Shown: positions 29,165 to 39,609, counted from the stretch's first letter. The stretch: 64,000 bases of DNA from Thermoleophilaceae bacterium (GCA_035630335.1 DASQKV010000053.1:12063-76062), one strand, 5' to 3'. The notes: generated by a model from the sequence alone, not told the origin. Translations and numbers: made by a program.

Positions 29165-32100
29165 TTGTCGTTCCTCCTCAGGCGCACGGTGATAGATCGA
29201 GGCGTCGCCCCAGCCTGGCTCACCCTCACCGCCACCCGAAGCGGCCGTCCACTCCTGAGCACACCGCGCGCCTGCGCGGTCAGCCTCAGGGTGACCGTCA
29301 CGAGTCCGGGCTTGGCGACCCGCTTCGATGCCCGACCGACGACTCGCGTCGAACCCTTCACCCTCGCTCGCGCGACGACCGACAGCTTGCCCGCACCACT
29401 CGCACGGACCCGGAGCGTGAGCCGCCCTGTACGCGCCGCTCGCTTGAGCTGGGCAGAAGTGAGGCGGCCGAGCGAGAGCGTCTTCCTGCGGCCAGGCGCG
29501 ACGTTACGGCCGCCCGGTCGAGTCGAGTCCACCTGCGACCCAACCTGACCCGCACCACCCCCCCGACAGCCATCAGCCAACACCGGGCACGCAGGCGGAG
29601 CGGTCGGCTGCGGAATCCCGCCACCAATACGCGCGGTATAGACATCGAGAACGCGATCTTTGTCCTGCCACGTCAACTGATCACGAGTCGCGATGTACAC
29701 GTTCAGCCCCGAACGATCATTACCAACATAGAACGCACCGTCGGGATCGCTGACCCCAGGTGATATCAACGACAACTCCCCCTCACGCCACTGATACACG
29801 TCATAGGAATCATCGGTATCGCCAGCAACCAACCGACTGCGACTCTCAAAGAACGCCATCCGATCCCCGTCCGGACCCGGACGAGCAGCCACACCGAGCA
29901 TCTCCAACGCCATCGCCCCACGACCAATCCCGTTATCGCCATGACAGCGAGGACTCGTCTCCTCCTTCCGCGGCTCGCACGGATAACTACCGCCGGGCCC
30001 CCCTTGAGCGGCAGAGATCCGCGTCAACTCGTTACGCCTAGTGTCATAGCCGTAGACATCGTGACTTACCCCGTCAGGATCGTCAGCCGTCAACCGCCCA
30101 TCGGTAATAAACGTGACCAACGACCCATCCGGGGTGCCTCGAACACAACTATTAGCGTCGGTGATGAAGAAGTCGCTGCCTTGACCACCCGGATTCGCCG
30201 AGATCGTCGATCCGCGCCCCGTTGCGATGGTCGCACACGGATTCAAAGGGCCCTGACGAGGCAGCCGCGCGACGAAGGTCCAACTTGGCGTCGCGGCGTC
30301 GTACAGGTAGAGGTTCGAGGCCTCGCTGGTAGCGGTCGTTCCGTCGGGATTGCTGATCGTGCCCCCAGCAGATGCAACGGTGCCAGAGAGTGGTGCCGCG
30401 CAGGTGAAGTATGCGCGCGATGCGTCGCCGGACAGCCACCGCAGAGTACCGGGCTGGACATTGCAGTCGCTGTTGCCGCCTGGACCACGCGAAATCCGCG
30501 TCAGCGTGCCACCAGCCGGGTCGACATCCGGTGTCGCACCCTTGCCGTCAGGCCCGTCAGGAAGATCGTACATATATAGATCCCATGACTGGGCGCTAGC
30601 CTCTCCACCCGTACAGGGAGCCCCACACCCAGCATTTGGATCATCGTCGGTCAGGGGGGCGGTCGTGGAGAAGAACACCTTGTCGCCATCGCGCGACGCC
30701 CCCTCAAAGAGCGTGCGGCCCACAAGCGACTCGTCCTGACCCGCCACCTCGCTACGGGAGATCCAACGCGTCAACACATTGCCATCCACATCGCGCTGGC
30801 GAATGAACAGCTGCGCTGAATCTACACCCGAGAGCGCCTGATACAAGGTAGGGTCGGGGCTCATAAAGAACACACGTGAGCCATCAGCCGAGATCACGCT
30901 CGCCGGCGGATTCACGCCCCCAACCGACAGAGACGCACCACCGGCGTGTGTCAACCGCAATCGATCGGGTCCGGTCGGATCAGGATCGCATGGCCCTGAG
31001 GGCAGTAACGTACGCTCGGTACCGACCCCTCTGCATACGTTAACCACCTCCCTAACACCGTCATCCCCAGGAAACGCATCCGAGAACGGGCCCACGACCT
31101 CGTCCAGAAATACGCTGCTCGCGTCGTCATCGCGGTCGGAAAACTCGGGACGAGTCGGATCGTTGGCCCCTCCCAGACCTCGAGTATGTGGCATAGAGAC
31201 AACAGCGGCCGACCCGTCGACAGCGAAGGCCTTCGCTCCCTGACCAACCGACGGAAGGTGGGTAGGGCGGCTAGGTGTCTCCTGCGTCAGATAGTCCTCG
31301 ACCGTCGGGCCGAAGATCTCGTACTCCGGATCTGACCAACGACGCAGCAGCCATGCTGTCCCATTCTCCTCATTCCAATCAGCCATCTCCGGGAACAACT
31401 TTAGATACTGAGCCGATCCCCATCCAGTAAGCGACAGGTCTGGAGTAGCGCTCGATAGCGTTATGTCAGTTGTGGGTTGCGGCCCGTGGGCCGACCTTGA
31501 GACTCCCGGGCGATGTACCCAACCCTCTGGCGTTCGCTCGGCAAGCGCCCAGTCGTTGACATACGCGAACGCGCCGTCGGCAATCGTAGACCCGTTCTGG
31601 CCGAGCACAGCGAATCGCTCGCCGTCATAAGCCGCAATCCCGACATAGCCGACGGCATCTGGACCGCCGTACCAGTGGCCCACGCCTACGCCGCCGACCT
31701 TATGGGCCGGTGATACGAGCTCATAGCCGCGCTGCTCCGCATCGCTCCCGTCAAGGGAGTCCGTTCCTGGACGCGTGGTGAACGCACGGTCCAAACCGAA
31801 GGATGCACCGGCCTCGTTCGTAGCAACAATGCGATAGTGATAAGTCGTGTTTGGCAGTAGCCCATCGAGTTGCTGACTGACGAGGGCGGGCGCGCCGTCA
31901 GCCCCTGCGCTTGCAGCAGGTACGGGTATAGAGCTGCCGTAGCTGGCCGTGTTACCCCACTCGAAGCGGTAGGTCGTCTCCGCGTTATTGGGGTTTACCT
32001 CACCAGCGAGCGTAGCGCCTGTGGGCCGGAGCTGGATCGCGTCGAGGGTGGTGGCGTCCGGTAGCTCAAGGGCTGTATGGAACGTTGTGACGGTAGATGT

Positions 32101-33414
32101 GACAGTGAACCCGAACTCGTTGCGAACGATCAGACGCACGAGGTACTCTCGGTTTGGCTCGAGGCCCGTGGCGGGCTGGGATACGGGAATGTCTGAGGAA
32201 CCATCATGAGGGCCGTCGTCGCTCTCTGGGAACGACGTCCAAGTCTCGCCGTCGTCGGCGGAGACCTCGAAGTGGTAGTAGACCTGCTGGCCGCCAGGGT
32301 TGAGCGTTCCGTTCAGCGTCGCACTGCGGGGGGTGATCTCGGTCGCGTCTTGGATCGTCGCGGTATGGACTGGGTCATCGAGGATGATCACCCGGCCGCT
32401 GCCGTTGTCCGACACGTAGATTCGTCCGGTCGAGGAATTCACGGCCAAGCCAAGCACGGGGTGTGCTGCCGGCGTCGGGTGGACGTCGACCAGCGCGCCA
32501 TCGATGTCTAGCTCGACTAGCTCAGACCCGCCCTCGGCCGGCTGCGCAATGAACACATGGTTGGTTGCCGGATCGACCGCCACCTCGGTCGGGCTATTGG
32601 GGGCCTGAGTTATGCTCGCGATAAAGGCACCCGACGAGTCGAACTTAGCGATGACCATCCCGAAGTCGGGATCCGACGCTACGTAGATCGCGCCAGTGGA
32701 ATCGACCGCGACCCGGACCGGATTGCTGAACTGACCATCCCCGTTGAATTGAGACTCGTACGTACCGGTGCTGCTGAAGCGCTGGACGCGGCTGTTCTGA
32801 TAGTCGGCAACCAGCACGTCGCCATCGGTCGGATCGACGGCCACGCCGCGCGGACTCCAGAACTGGCCGTCCCCAGAATCGGGCGGTGACTCTGAGAGCG
32901 GGATTACCCCAGGCTGGCATCCCGCCGTGCAGATCTCAAACGTCTGCGCGCCAGTCTGAACGCCGAAGCCCCACGTTCGAACGAACGTGCCATCTGCAGT
33001 GAACTGCTGTAGGCGATTGTTGAGCGTGTCCGCCACATACAACGACCCATCGAGACCCACCGCGACTCCAGCTGGTGTGCCGCCGAAGGTGAACTGCCCC
33101 TCCGCTACCCCAGGCCCGCCGATATCGGAGATGAACGTTCCATCGGCGTCATAGCGCTGGACGCGCTCGCCGTTGAGATCTACCACATACACGTCGCCCG
33201 AGGTCTGGTTGACAGCTATGCCTGCGGGACTGAGGCCATCCGAGCCAAAAACAGCGATCGGACCCTTTGGGGCGGCGTCTGCTGCTGGTCCGCCTGCCAC
33301 GAGCGTCAACGCGAACGACAACGCGAGCATCAGCAGGGCTGCGCGGAACCTCTCGCCACACCGCATACGGATGAGTGATTGCGTCGGCGCTGACGGGCTC
33401 ATGATCAAATCCAT
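29161..33414 (-). CDS. 1417-aa secreted protein: NHL-repeat beta-propeller, then Fn3/Ig-like modules, then PD40/TolB-like repeats
   Basis: NHL repeats (GQFTFGGTPAGVAVGLDGSLYVADTLNNRLQQFTADGTF; GQFWSPRGVAVDPTDGDVLVADYQNSRVQRFSSTGTY). Two ATLNGT/ATLAGEVNP...YHYRIVATN modules. DGSRVFFMS, DGDKVFFST and DGDRMAFFES repeats. Start uncertain (33414, 33402 or 33366). Confidence 0.85.
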   Translation of the reverse strand: MDLIMSPSAPTQSLIRMRCGERFRAALLMLALSFALTLVAGGPAADAAPKGPIAVFGSDGLSPAGIAVNQTSGDVYVVDLNGERVQRYDADGTFISDIGGPGVAEGQFTFGGTPAGVAVGLDGSLYVADTLNNRLQQFTADGTFVRTWGFGVQTGAQTFEICTAGCQPGVIPLSESPPDSGDGQFWSPRGVAVDPTDGDVLVADYQNSRVQRFSSTGTYESQFNGDGQFSNPVRVAVDSTGAIYVASDPDFGMVIAKFDSSGAFIASITQAPNSPTEVAVDPATNHVFIAQPAEGGSELVELDIDGALVDVHPTPAAHPVLGLAVNSSTGRIYVSDNGSGRVIILDDPVHTATIQDATEITPRSATLNGTLNPGGQQVYYHFEVSADDGETWTSFPESDDGPHDGSSDIPVSQPATGLEPNREYLVRLIVRNEFGFTVTSTVTTFHTALELPDATTLDAIQLRPTGATLAGEVNPNNAETTYRFEWGNTASYGSSIPVPAASAGADGAPALVSQQLDGLLPNTTYHYRIVATNEAGASFGLDRAFTTRPGTDSLDGSDAEQRGYELVSPAHKVGGVGVGHWYGGPDAVGYVGIAAYDGERFAVLGQNGSTIADGAFAYVNDWALAERTPEGWVHRPGVSRSAHGPQPTTDITLSSATPDLSLTGWGSAQYLKLFPEMADWNEENGTAWLLRRWSDPEYEIFGPTVEDYLTQETPSRPTHLPSVGQGAKAFAVDGSAAVVSMPHTRGLGGANDPTRPEFSDRDDDASSVFLDEVVGPFSDAFPGDDGVREVVNVCRGVGTERTLLPSGPCDPDPTGPDRLRLTHAGGASLSVGGVNPPASVISADGSRVFFMSPDPTLYQALSGVDSAQLFIRQRDVDGNVLTRWISRSEVAGQDESLVGRTLFEGASRDGDKVFFSTTAPLTDDDPNAGCGAPCTGGEASAQSWDLYMYDLPDGPDGKGATPDVDPAGGTLTRISRGPGGNSDCNVQPGTLRWLSGDASRAYFTCAAPLSGTVASAGGTISNPDGTTATSEASNLYLYDAATPSWTFVARLPRQGPLNPCATIATGRGSTISANPGGQGSDFFITDANSCVRGTPDGSLVTFITDGRLTADDPDGVSHDVYGYDTRRNELTRISAAQGGPGGSYPCEPRKEETSPRCHGDNGIGRGAMALEMLGVAARPGPDGDRMAFFESRSRLVAGDTDDSYDVYQWREGELSLISPGVSDPDGAFYVGNDRSGLNVYIATRDQLTWQDKDRVLDVYTARIGGGIPQPTAPPACPVLADGCRGGGAGQVGSQVDSTRPGGRNVAPGRRKTLSLGRLTSAQLKRAARTGRLTLRVRASGAGKLSVVARARVKGSTRVVGRASKRVAKPGLVTVTLRLTAQARGVLRSGRPLRVAVRVSQAGATPRSITVRLRRNDK

Positions 33415-33454
33415 CCCAACGGTCGGGGGTGTAGCTGACGCTGTCTTTTTGAAG

Positions 33455-33979
33455 TCATCTTGCGTTCTTGGTCTCGAGCAACGCCGCTAGACAGCCCGCC
33501 CGGCCCGGGAGGCGATCTGCCCGGGGAAGGCTCAGCGAGTAGAGAGCGGCGGCAAGCGAGGCCGCGACCGGCTCGTGGCGCGCCGGTCGTGGTAGGCGCT
33601 CTGCGGCCGCTATGAGCATTCGGCGCTCACGCCCGCCCCGATGTGACGTTTGGCGCCTCGCCGCTGCTATCGAGCGTGTGAGGGCACTGCCCACCGACCA
33701 ATCACCGCAGTCCCGACGACCGGCGTCGGCCGCCCTCGCCGCGGCACGTCGAGTCGCGGATACATGCTTACGTCCGGGGGGCAACCGAAACTGGGCCGCG
33801 GGATCTCTAACCGGCTCAGCAGCAGAGGCCGGACCCCCATCGGGCGCCGACTTGGCGTCTGAGGCGCTGTCGTTCCCGCACGCCGTGAGCGCGGCGCCCA
33901 GAGCCAGCATGGCGATCATCCCCGGTCGGGGGACGCGTCGACGTAGCCCGCCGTCGGCGAGCGAAGTCCGGCGCGTCAT
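33455..33979 (-). CDS. Possible small lipoprotein
   Basis: ATG 33979 is preceded by gaggag. Lipobox LGAALTACG. The rest is Ala/Arg-rich, so coding status is uncertain. Confidence 0.4.
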   Translation of the reverse strand: MTRRTSLADGGLRRRVPRPGMIAMLALGAALTACGNDSASDAKSAPDGGPASAAEPVRDPAAQFRLPPGRKHVSATRRAAARAADAGRRDCGDWSVGSALTRSIAAARRQTSHRGGRERRMLIAAAERLPRPARHEPVAASLAAALYSLSLPRADRLPGRAGCLAALLETKNAR

Positions 33980-34362
33980 CACGAGGAACTCCTCACGACT
34001 CTCCCGTTCTCTTGCCCAGGCGCTCGCGCATGCTCGCGAGCCGTCCGCAGATGAGAACACTGGCTTACTTGGCTGTCAAGGCACAACCGTTGGAACGCCG
34101 GCTTGACAGGCCTTGAGGGGTGCCGTATGGTCCCCGCCAGCCCGAGGCTTCTCTGCTTCGGCGCATGTCCCCAATGGAGGGAGGGACAGTTCGAACGACT
34201 CTGACCGTCCAGAAACGGTAGCCGACCCAGAAGGGCGGCAACACGCGCTCTCGCACATCCGTGCGAGCTATACAAGGGTGCGCCGGAACCAGGCATTGGG
34301 AGTCCGGCGCGGCACATGCCGACAGCTAAATCGCTGCCGGTCGATCAAGGAGAAACAACATC

Positions 34363-35091
34363 ATGCGTATTGCACGCAAGCTGACGCTGCTCGCCATGCT
34401 GGCGATCGCAGCCACGGCTCTGGCAGCGCCTTCCGCGTTCGCACAGACCGAACCCGAGCTCCACAACCAGACCCCGCGACTGCTCGCCGCTCAGGAAGTC
34501 CACGCAGGCGCCGACATCGCCTGTCCGGCAGTCACACCGACCCCGCCGCCGAACCCGGGACCGCTGGTCACCGCCGGCGGCTGCCGCCAGCACTACTCGG
34601 CCCTCAATGTGGTCCTGTCAGCGCACCTCAGCGCAGGCGGTACTGAAGTCGTGGTCAGCACCTGCAACGTCGAATTCGACATTCGTATCGACGCGGCGGC
34701 TGAAGGCTACATCGCCCACCAGGAATTCACTCAGGGCACCGAGGGCACGTGCACGCGCCGCGCGTGCGGACAGGTCACCCCGCCCACCAGCGAAGGCCGT
34801 GCGTACACGATCTACGGGCAGGAAACCGAAGTTGCTGGGCAGGGGCCGCGCGAAGCGATGGTCGCTCTGTTCTGCACCGAGGACCTCGTGAATCCCGTTG
34901 CCTCGCACTGCGAAGTGACCGTTCCGTTTACGCAGACGGCCACTCATAGGTACCAGTTCCTGGCGAATGACGTGTCCGGACACGGTACAGCGTTCCCGCA
35001 CTGCGAACTCACGGGTACGTTCTCCCAGGAAACGCTCGGAACGACTGGCGAAGGCCAGACCGAGCAGAACGTCGAAATCCGCCACAACTAG
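34363..35091 (+). CDS. Secreted Cys-rich protein of unknown function
   Basis: Strong SD aaggag. Signal peptide LLAMLAIAATALAAPSAFAQ. Ten Cys. Followed by a canonical terminator. Confidence 0.7.
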   Translation: MRIARKLTLLAMLAIAATALAAPSAFAQTEPELHNQTPRLLAAQEVHAGADIACPAVTPTPPPNPGPLVTAGGCRQHYSALNVVLSAHLSAGGTEVVVSTCNVEFDIRIDAAAEGYIAHQEFTQGTEGTCTRRACGQVTPPTSEGRAYTIYGQETEVAGQGPREAMVALFCTEDLVNPVASHCEVTVPFTQTATHRYQFLANDVSGHGTAFPHCELTGTFSQETLGTTGEGQTEQNVEIRHN

Positions 35092-35133
35092 ACACAACGC
35101 CGGTACCCCTCGTGGGTACCAGCCCGCAGCATC

Positions 35134-35171
35134 AGGAGGGGTCCCGCTCAGCGGGACCCCTCCTTTCTTTG
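35134..35171 (+). terminator. Rho-independent terminator
   Basis: aggaggggtcccgc-tca-gcgggacccctcct (perfect 14-bp arms) followed by ttctttg. Confidence 0.8.
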
Positions 35172-35229
35172 AAGATAGGGCGCGAAAAAGAAGTCAAGCG
35201 TCCGTGGCGCCTCCTAGCATCGTCCATAC

Positions 35230-35661
35230 ATGAGCCTCGAGGTGGTCGATCCGCTCGCGCACCGCGCGCTGCAGGCGCTGATGCGCGCGGAGACCTCCGT
35301 CCGGCGCGTCCTAGCCGCCGACCTCGAGCGTGAGGGCATCTCCGCGGCCGGCTTCTCGGCGCTGGTCGTGCTCACTACCGCCGGCGGATCACTCGAGCTA
35401 CGCACGCTCCGCCGCCGCCTCGGCTGGTCGAAGGCGAACGCGAGCGAGGTCACCGCCACGCTCGAGGCCCGCGGCCTGCTGCACCGCCGCCGCCTCGAGC
35501 GCGACCGCCGCGCCGTGGAGCTAGCCCTCACTCCCAAGGGCCGCTCGGTCGTCGAGCGCCTGTTCCCAGGCCACACCGACCGCGTCACGTCCGCCTTCGC
35601 GCGCCTCGACGACGACGAGAAGCGCAACCTCGCCGACATCTGCCGCAAGCTCGCGGCCTGA
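35230..35661 (+). CDS. MarR-family transcriptional regulator
   Basis: 143 aa. ...GFSALVVLTTAGGSLELRTLRRRLGWSKANASEVTATLEARGLLHRRRLERDRRAVELALTPKG, a winged-HTH pattern. Confidence 0.9.
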   Translation: MSLEVVDPLAHRALQALMRAETSVRRVLAADLEREGISAAGFSALVVLTTAGGSLELRTLRRRLGWSKANASEVTATLEARGLLHRRRLERDRRAVELALTPKGRSVVERLFPGHTDRVTSAFARLDDDEKRNLADICRKLAA

Positions 35662-35672
35662 GGGGCGGCGCC

Positions 35673-36395
35673 CTACGAGCCGCTAGGCCTGCAGGGCACC
35701 GAGTCCCGGTGCGTGTACGGCTCGCCGGTCGTGAAGAAGGCCGTCAGCTCGAAGGGCCAGCGGCGATTCTTAGGACACGACGTCGTCTCGATGATGTTCC
35801 CGCGGCCGACCCAGCCCTTGAGCGAGCGTGCCGCGATCGGCACGCCGGCCACGACCTGGAGGTTCTCGGGCACCTTCAGAGAGACCTTGTACTTCCACGG
35901 GCCCGTCTTGAGCTCCTGGATGTGGACCGGGATCGGCTCTTGGACGAACGCGGGGTTGTAGAGCGTGACGTAGGCGAACGCGAGCTTCTGGCCGCCGTTG
36001 AAGATCTCGATGTCGGGGCGGGTGATGACGTTGTCGGCGTAGGCGGTCGCGTCGGCGTGGCCGATCTTGGACTTCTTCGGGCAGCCGTCGACGCCCTTGC
36101 GCTTGAGGATCTGCAGCGTGCACTTCGGGTACTTGCCGCCGTTCCAGTTGCCGTGGCGGGGGAAGAGCGCGAAGCCGTGGGTGACGACCGGCGGGTCGAC
36201 CCCGGGCGGCGAGTGGAACTGCGCCGTGGTCCTGATCTTGACCCCCTGGGGCTTCTTCGCCGTGCCCGCCTTGTTGGGGATCACCTGCGAGTCGATCGTG
36301 AACGTGGTCTGCGCCGGCGACTGCGCTACCGATGGCGCGGCGAGGGCCGCTCCCATCGCCAGCATCGATATCCACACAATTGCAAACTTTCGCAT
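35673..36395 (-). CDS. 240-aa secreted protein carrying one copy of the module seen in the 1131-aa protein
   Basis: SD gggagg. Signal peptide MLAMGAALAAPSVAQ. CPKKSKIGHADATAY...LKVPENLQVVAGVPI parallels the CP..S.IG modules of 25769..29164. Confidence 0.75.
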   Translation of the reverse strand: MRKFAIVWISMLAMGAALAAPSVAQSPAQTTFTIDSQVIPNKAGTAKKPQGVKIRTTAQFHSPPGVDPPVVTHGFALFPRHGNWNGGKYPKCTLQILKRKGVDGCPKKSKIGHADATAYADNVITRPDIEIFNGGQKLAFAYVTLYNPAFVQEPIPVHIQELKTGPWKYKVSLKVPENLQVVAGVPIAARSLKGWVGRGNIIETTSCPKNRRWPFELTAFFTTGEPYTHRDSVPCRPSGS

Positions 36396-36423
36396 TTATG
36401 GCCTCCCTGTCGGCAACCATACA

Positions 36424-39400
36424 ATGCCCGGCTCGATGCCGCGCTACCCATCCGTCGACTCGCGCCAATCGTTTCCCGAGCTGGAGCAGGAGCTGCTCGA
36501 GCGCTGGCGCGAGCGCAACGTCTTCCGCGAGTCGGTCCGCCGCCGCGAGGGCGCGGAGCCGTTCGTCTTCTACGAGGGGCCCCCCACGGCCAACGGGCGG
36601 CCCGGCTCCCACCACGTCCTCTCGCGCGTGTTCAAGGACGTCTTCCCGCGCTACCAGACGATGCGCGGCCGCCACGTCTCCCGCCGCGCGGGCTGGGACT
36701 GCCACGGCCTGCCGGTCGAGCTGGAGATCGAGAAGGAGCTCGGCTTCGAGAGCAAGGACGACATCGAGCGCTACGGCGTCGCGGAGTTCAACGCGAAGTG
36801 CCGCGAGTCGGTGCTGCGCTACATCGACGAGTGGAACCGCCTGACCGAGCGGATCGGCTTCTGGATCGACACCGACGACGCCTACTTCACGCTCGACGAC
36901 GACTACGTCGAGTCGGTCTGGTGGTCGCTGAAGCAAGTCTGGGACAAGGACCTGCTCTACGAGGGGCACAAGGTCGTCCCCTACTGCCCGCGCTGCGGCA
37001 CGGCGCTCTCGAGCCACGAGGTCGCGCTCGGCTATGAGGACGTCGTCGACCCGTCGATCTACGTGCGCTTCCCGCTGCTCGACGACACGGGCGGCGGCGC
37101 CGGCGAGGCGCTGCTGGTCTGGACGACGACGCCGTGGACGCTGCCGGGCAACGTCGCGGTCGCCGTGGCGCCCGACGTCGCATACGTGCGCGCGCGCGTG
37201 GGTGAGGAGACCCTGATCCTCGCCGAGCCGCTCGCGGCGAAGGTGCTCGGCGAGAACGCCGAGATCCTCGGCGCCGGCTTCCCGGGCCGCGAGCTAGTCG
37301 GCCGGCGCTACGCGGGCCCGGTCTTCGAGCTGACCGATCGCGACGCCGGCGGCTTCCCGGTGATCGCCGGCGACTTCGTGACAACCGACGACGGCACCGG
37401 CCTCGTCCACATCGCGCCCGCCTTCGGCGAGGACGACTACGCCGCCGCGGCCGCGAACGGCCTGTTCGACCCCACCGACCACGGCAGCCTCCCCAACCCT
37501 GTCCGGCTCGACGGCACCTTCGACGACCGTGTCGCCGGCTTCGAGGGCCGCTTCGTCAAGGATCCCGAGGTGACCGGTGAGCTGATCGCCGACCTCGACG
37601 CGCGCGGCCTGCTCTTCCGGGCCGAGGACTACGAGCACTCCTACCCGCACTGCTGGCGCTGCGGCACGCCGCTGCTCTACTACGCGAAGTCGAGCTGGTA
37701 CGTGCGCACGACGGCGGTCAAGGACGAGCTGATCGCGGCCAACGAGGACGTCACCTGGTACCCGCCGCACATCAAGCACGGCCGCTTCGGCAACTGGCTC
37801 GAGAACAACGTCGACTGGGCGCTATCGCGCGAGCGCTACTGGGGCACGCCGCTGCCGATCTGGCGCTCGGAGGACGGCGAGCAGACGATCTGCGTCGGCT
37901 CGCGCGAGGAGCTGCGCGAGCTGGCCGGCGAGGTCCCCGACGACCTCCACCGCCCCTACGTCGACGACGTGACCTTCGAGCGCGACGGCAAGGTCTTCCG
38001 GCGCGTGCCCGAGCTGATCGACGTCTGGTGGGACTCGGGCGCGATGCCGTTCGCCCAGTGGCACGCCCCGTTCGAGAACGGGGACGACTTCGAGCGCCTC
38101 TTCCCCGCCGATTACATCTGCGAGGCGCTCGACCAGACGCGCGGCTGGTTCTACTCGCTGCTCGCGATCTCGACGATGCTGTTCGGCCGCTCGTCCTACA
38201 AGACGGTGCTCTGCCTCGGCCTGATCCTCGACGCCGAGGGCCAGAAGATGTCGAAGTCGAAGGGCAACGTGGTGGTGCCCTGGGACGTGCTCGACCAGCA
38301 CGGCGCGGACGCCCTGCGCTGGTACTACTTCACCTCGAAGCAGCCCTGGGACGGCTACCGCTTCTCGCTCGACGCGGTCGGCGAGTCCGTGCGGCAGTTC
38401 ATGAAGCCGCTCTGGAACACCTACAGCCTGTTCGTGCTGTACGCGAACGTCAACGACGTCGAGCCGGTGCCGCTGGGCGAGCTGACGGCGACGGCAGCCG
38501 CGGCCGGCCCCGACGCGGTGCTCGCGCTGACCGACCTCGACCGCTGGATCCTGTCCCGTCTCCAAGCCGTGACGGCAACCGCGATCGAGCGCCTCGACGA
38601 CTACGACACGACGACCGCCGGCCGTGCGATCGCCGCGTTCGTGGACGAGCTGTCGAACTGGTACGTGCGCCGCTCGCGGCGGCGCTTCTGGGACGGTGAC
38701 GCCGCCGCGTTCGCCACCTTGCGCGAGTGCCTGACGACGACGGCGAAGCTGCTCGCCCCGCTGACCCCGTTCGTCGCCGACGCGATCTACACCGGCCTCG
38801 ACGGGGCGGAGCCCTCGGTCCACCTCTGCGACTACCCCGAGCCCGACGCCGCGCTGCGTGACGAGGCGCTCGAGTGGCAGATGCAGGTCGCGCGCGACGC
38901 CGTCGAGCTGGGCCGCGCCGCGCGCGCCCAGGCCAAGGCGAAGGTCCGCCAGCCGCTGCGCGAGGCGGTCGTCGTCGCGGCCGAGCGCGAGCGCGACGCG
39001 ATCGGCCGCTTCGAGGACCTCGTGCTCGACGAGCTGAACGTCAAGCGGGTCCGCTACGTGTCGGAGGCCGACGAGCTCGGCCGCTTCGAGCTCAAGGCGA
39101 ACTACCGCACCCTCGGCCCGCGCTTCGGCAAGGACATGCCGCACGTCGCCGCCGCGGTCGCCGGCCTCGATGCCGACCACGCCGCGCGCACCCTGCGCGC
39201 GGGCGGCGAGGTCCACGTCGCGATCGACGGCCACGACCACGCGCTCGGCGCGGACGACGTCCAGCTCGCGCTGCAGCCGCTCGAGGGCTACGAGATCGAG
39301 CGCGCCGGCACGCACGCGGTCGCGCTCGAGCTCACGCTCGACGACGACCTTCGCCGCGAGGGCCTCGCGCGCGAGGTCGTCCACGCGGTCCAGAACGCGC

Positions 39401-39609
39401 GCCGCGACGCCGGCCTGGAGGTGCAGGACCGGATCGCCCTCACGCTTGCGGGCGACGACGCACTGCTCGACGCCGTCCGCGCCCACGAGCCCTACGTCAC
39501 CGGCGAGACCCTCGCCACCTCGCTCGACCTTACGAGCATCACCCCCGACGGCTCCACCGCCACGATCGAGGGCCTCACCCTGTCGATCGCCGTCGAGCGC
39601 ATCGGCTAA
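36424..39609 (+). CDS. ileS: Isoleucyl-tRNA synthetase (long, type-2-like N-terminus)
   Basis: FPELEQELLERW...FYEGPPTANGRPGSHHVLSR (HIGH region). GQKMSKSKGNVV (KMSKS). Start at ATG 36424 or 36436. Confidence 0.95.
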   Translation: MPGSMPRYPSVDSRQSFPELEQELLERWRERNVFRESVRRREGAEPFVFYEGPPTANGRPGSHHVLSRVFKDVFPRYQTMRGRHVSRRAGWDCHGLPVELEIEKELGFESKDDIERYGVAEFNAKCRESVLRYIDEWNRLTERIGFWIDTDDAYFTLDDDYVESVWWSLKQVWDKDLLYEGHKVVPYCPRCGTALSSHEVALGYEDVVDPSIYVRFPLLDDTGGGAGEALLVWTTTPWTLPGNVAVAVAPDVAYVRARVGEETLILAEPLAAKVLGENAEILGAGFPGRELVGRRYAGPVFELTDRDAGGFPVIAGDFVTTDDGTGLVHIAPAFGEDDYAAAAANGLFDPTDHGSLPNPVRLDGTFDDRVAGFEGRFVKDPEVTGELIADLDARGLLFRAEDYEHSYPHCWRCGTPLLYYAKSSWYVRTTAVKDELIAANEDVTWYPPHIKHGRFGNWLENNVDWALSRERYWGTPLPIWRSEDGEQTICVGSREELRELAGEVPDDLHRPYVDDVTFERDGKVFRRVPELIDVWWDSGAMPFAQWHAPFENGDDFERLFPADYICEALDQTRGWFYSLLAISTMLFGRSSYKTVLCLGLILDAEGQKMSKSKGNVVVPWDVLDQHGADALRWYYFTSKQPWDGYRFSLDAVGESVRQFMKPLWNTYSLFVLYANVNDVEPVPLGELTATAAAAGPDAVLALTDLDRWILSRLQAVTATAIERLDDYDTTTAGRAIAAFVDELSNWYVRRSRRRFWDGDAAAFATLRECLTTTAKLLAPLTPFVADAIYTGLDGAEPSVHLCDYPEPDAALRDEALEWQMQVARDAVELGRAARAQAKAKVRQPLREAVVVAAERERDAIGRFEDLVLDELNVKRVRYVSEADELGRFELKANYRTLGPRFGKDMPHVAAAVAGLDADHAARTLRAGGEVHVAIDGHDHALGADDVQLALQPLEGYEIERAGTHAVALELTLDDDLRREGLAREVVHAVQNARRDAGLEVQDRIALTLAGDDALLDAVRAHEPYVTGETLATSLDLTSITPDGSTATIEGLTLSIAVERIG

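Noticed and set aside
36100-36423. T-box leaders upstream of ileS and leuS (also 53354-53363).
   Set aside because: The available non-coding space is 28 nt and 10 nt respectively. No specifier or T-box sequence can fit.
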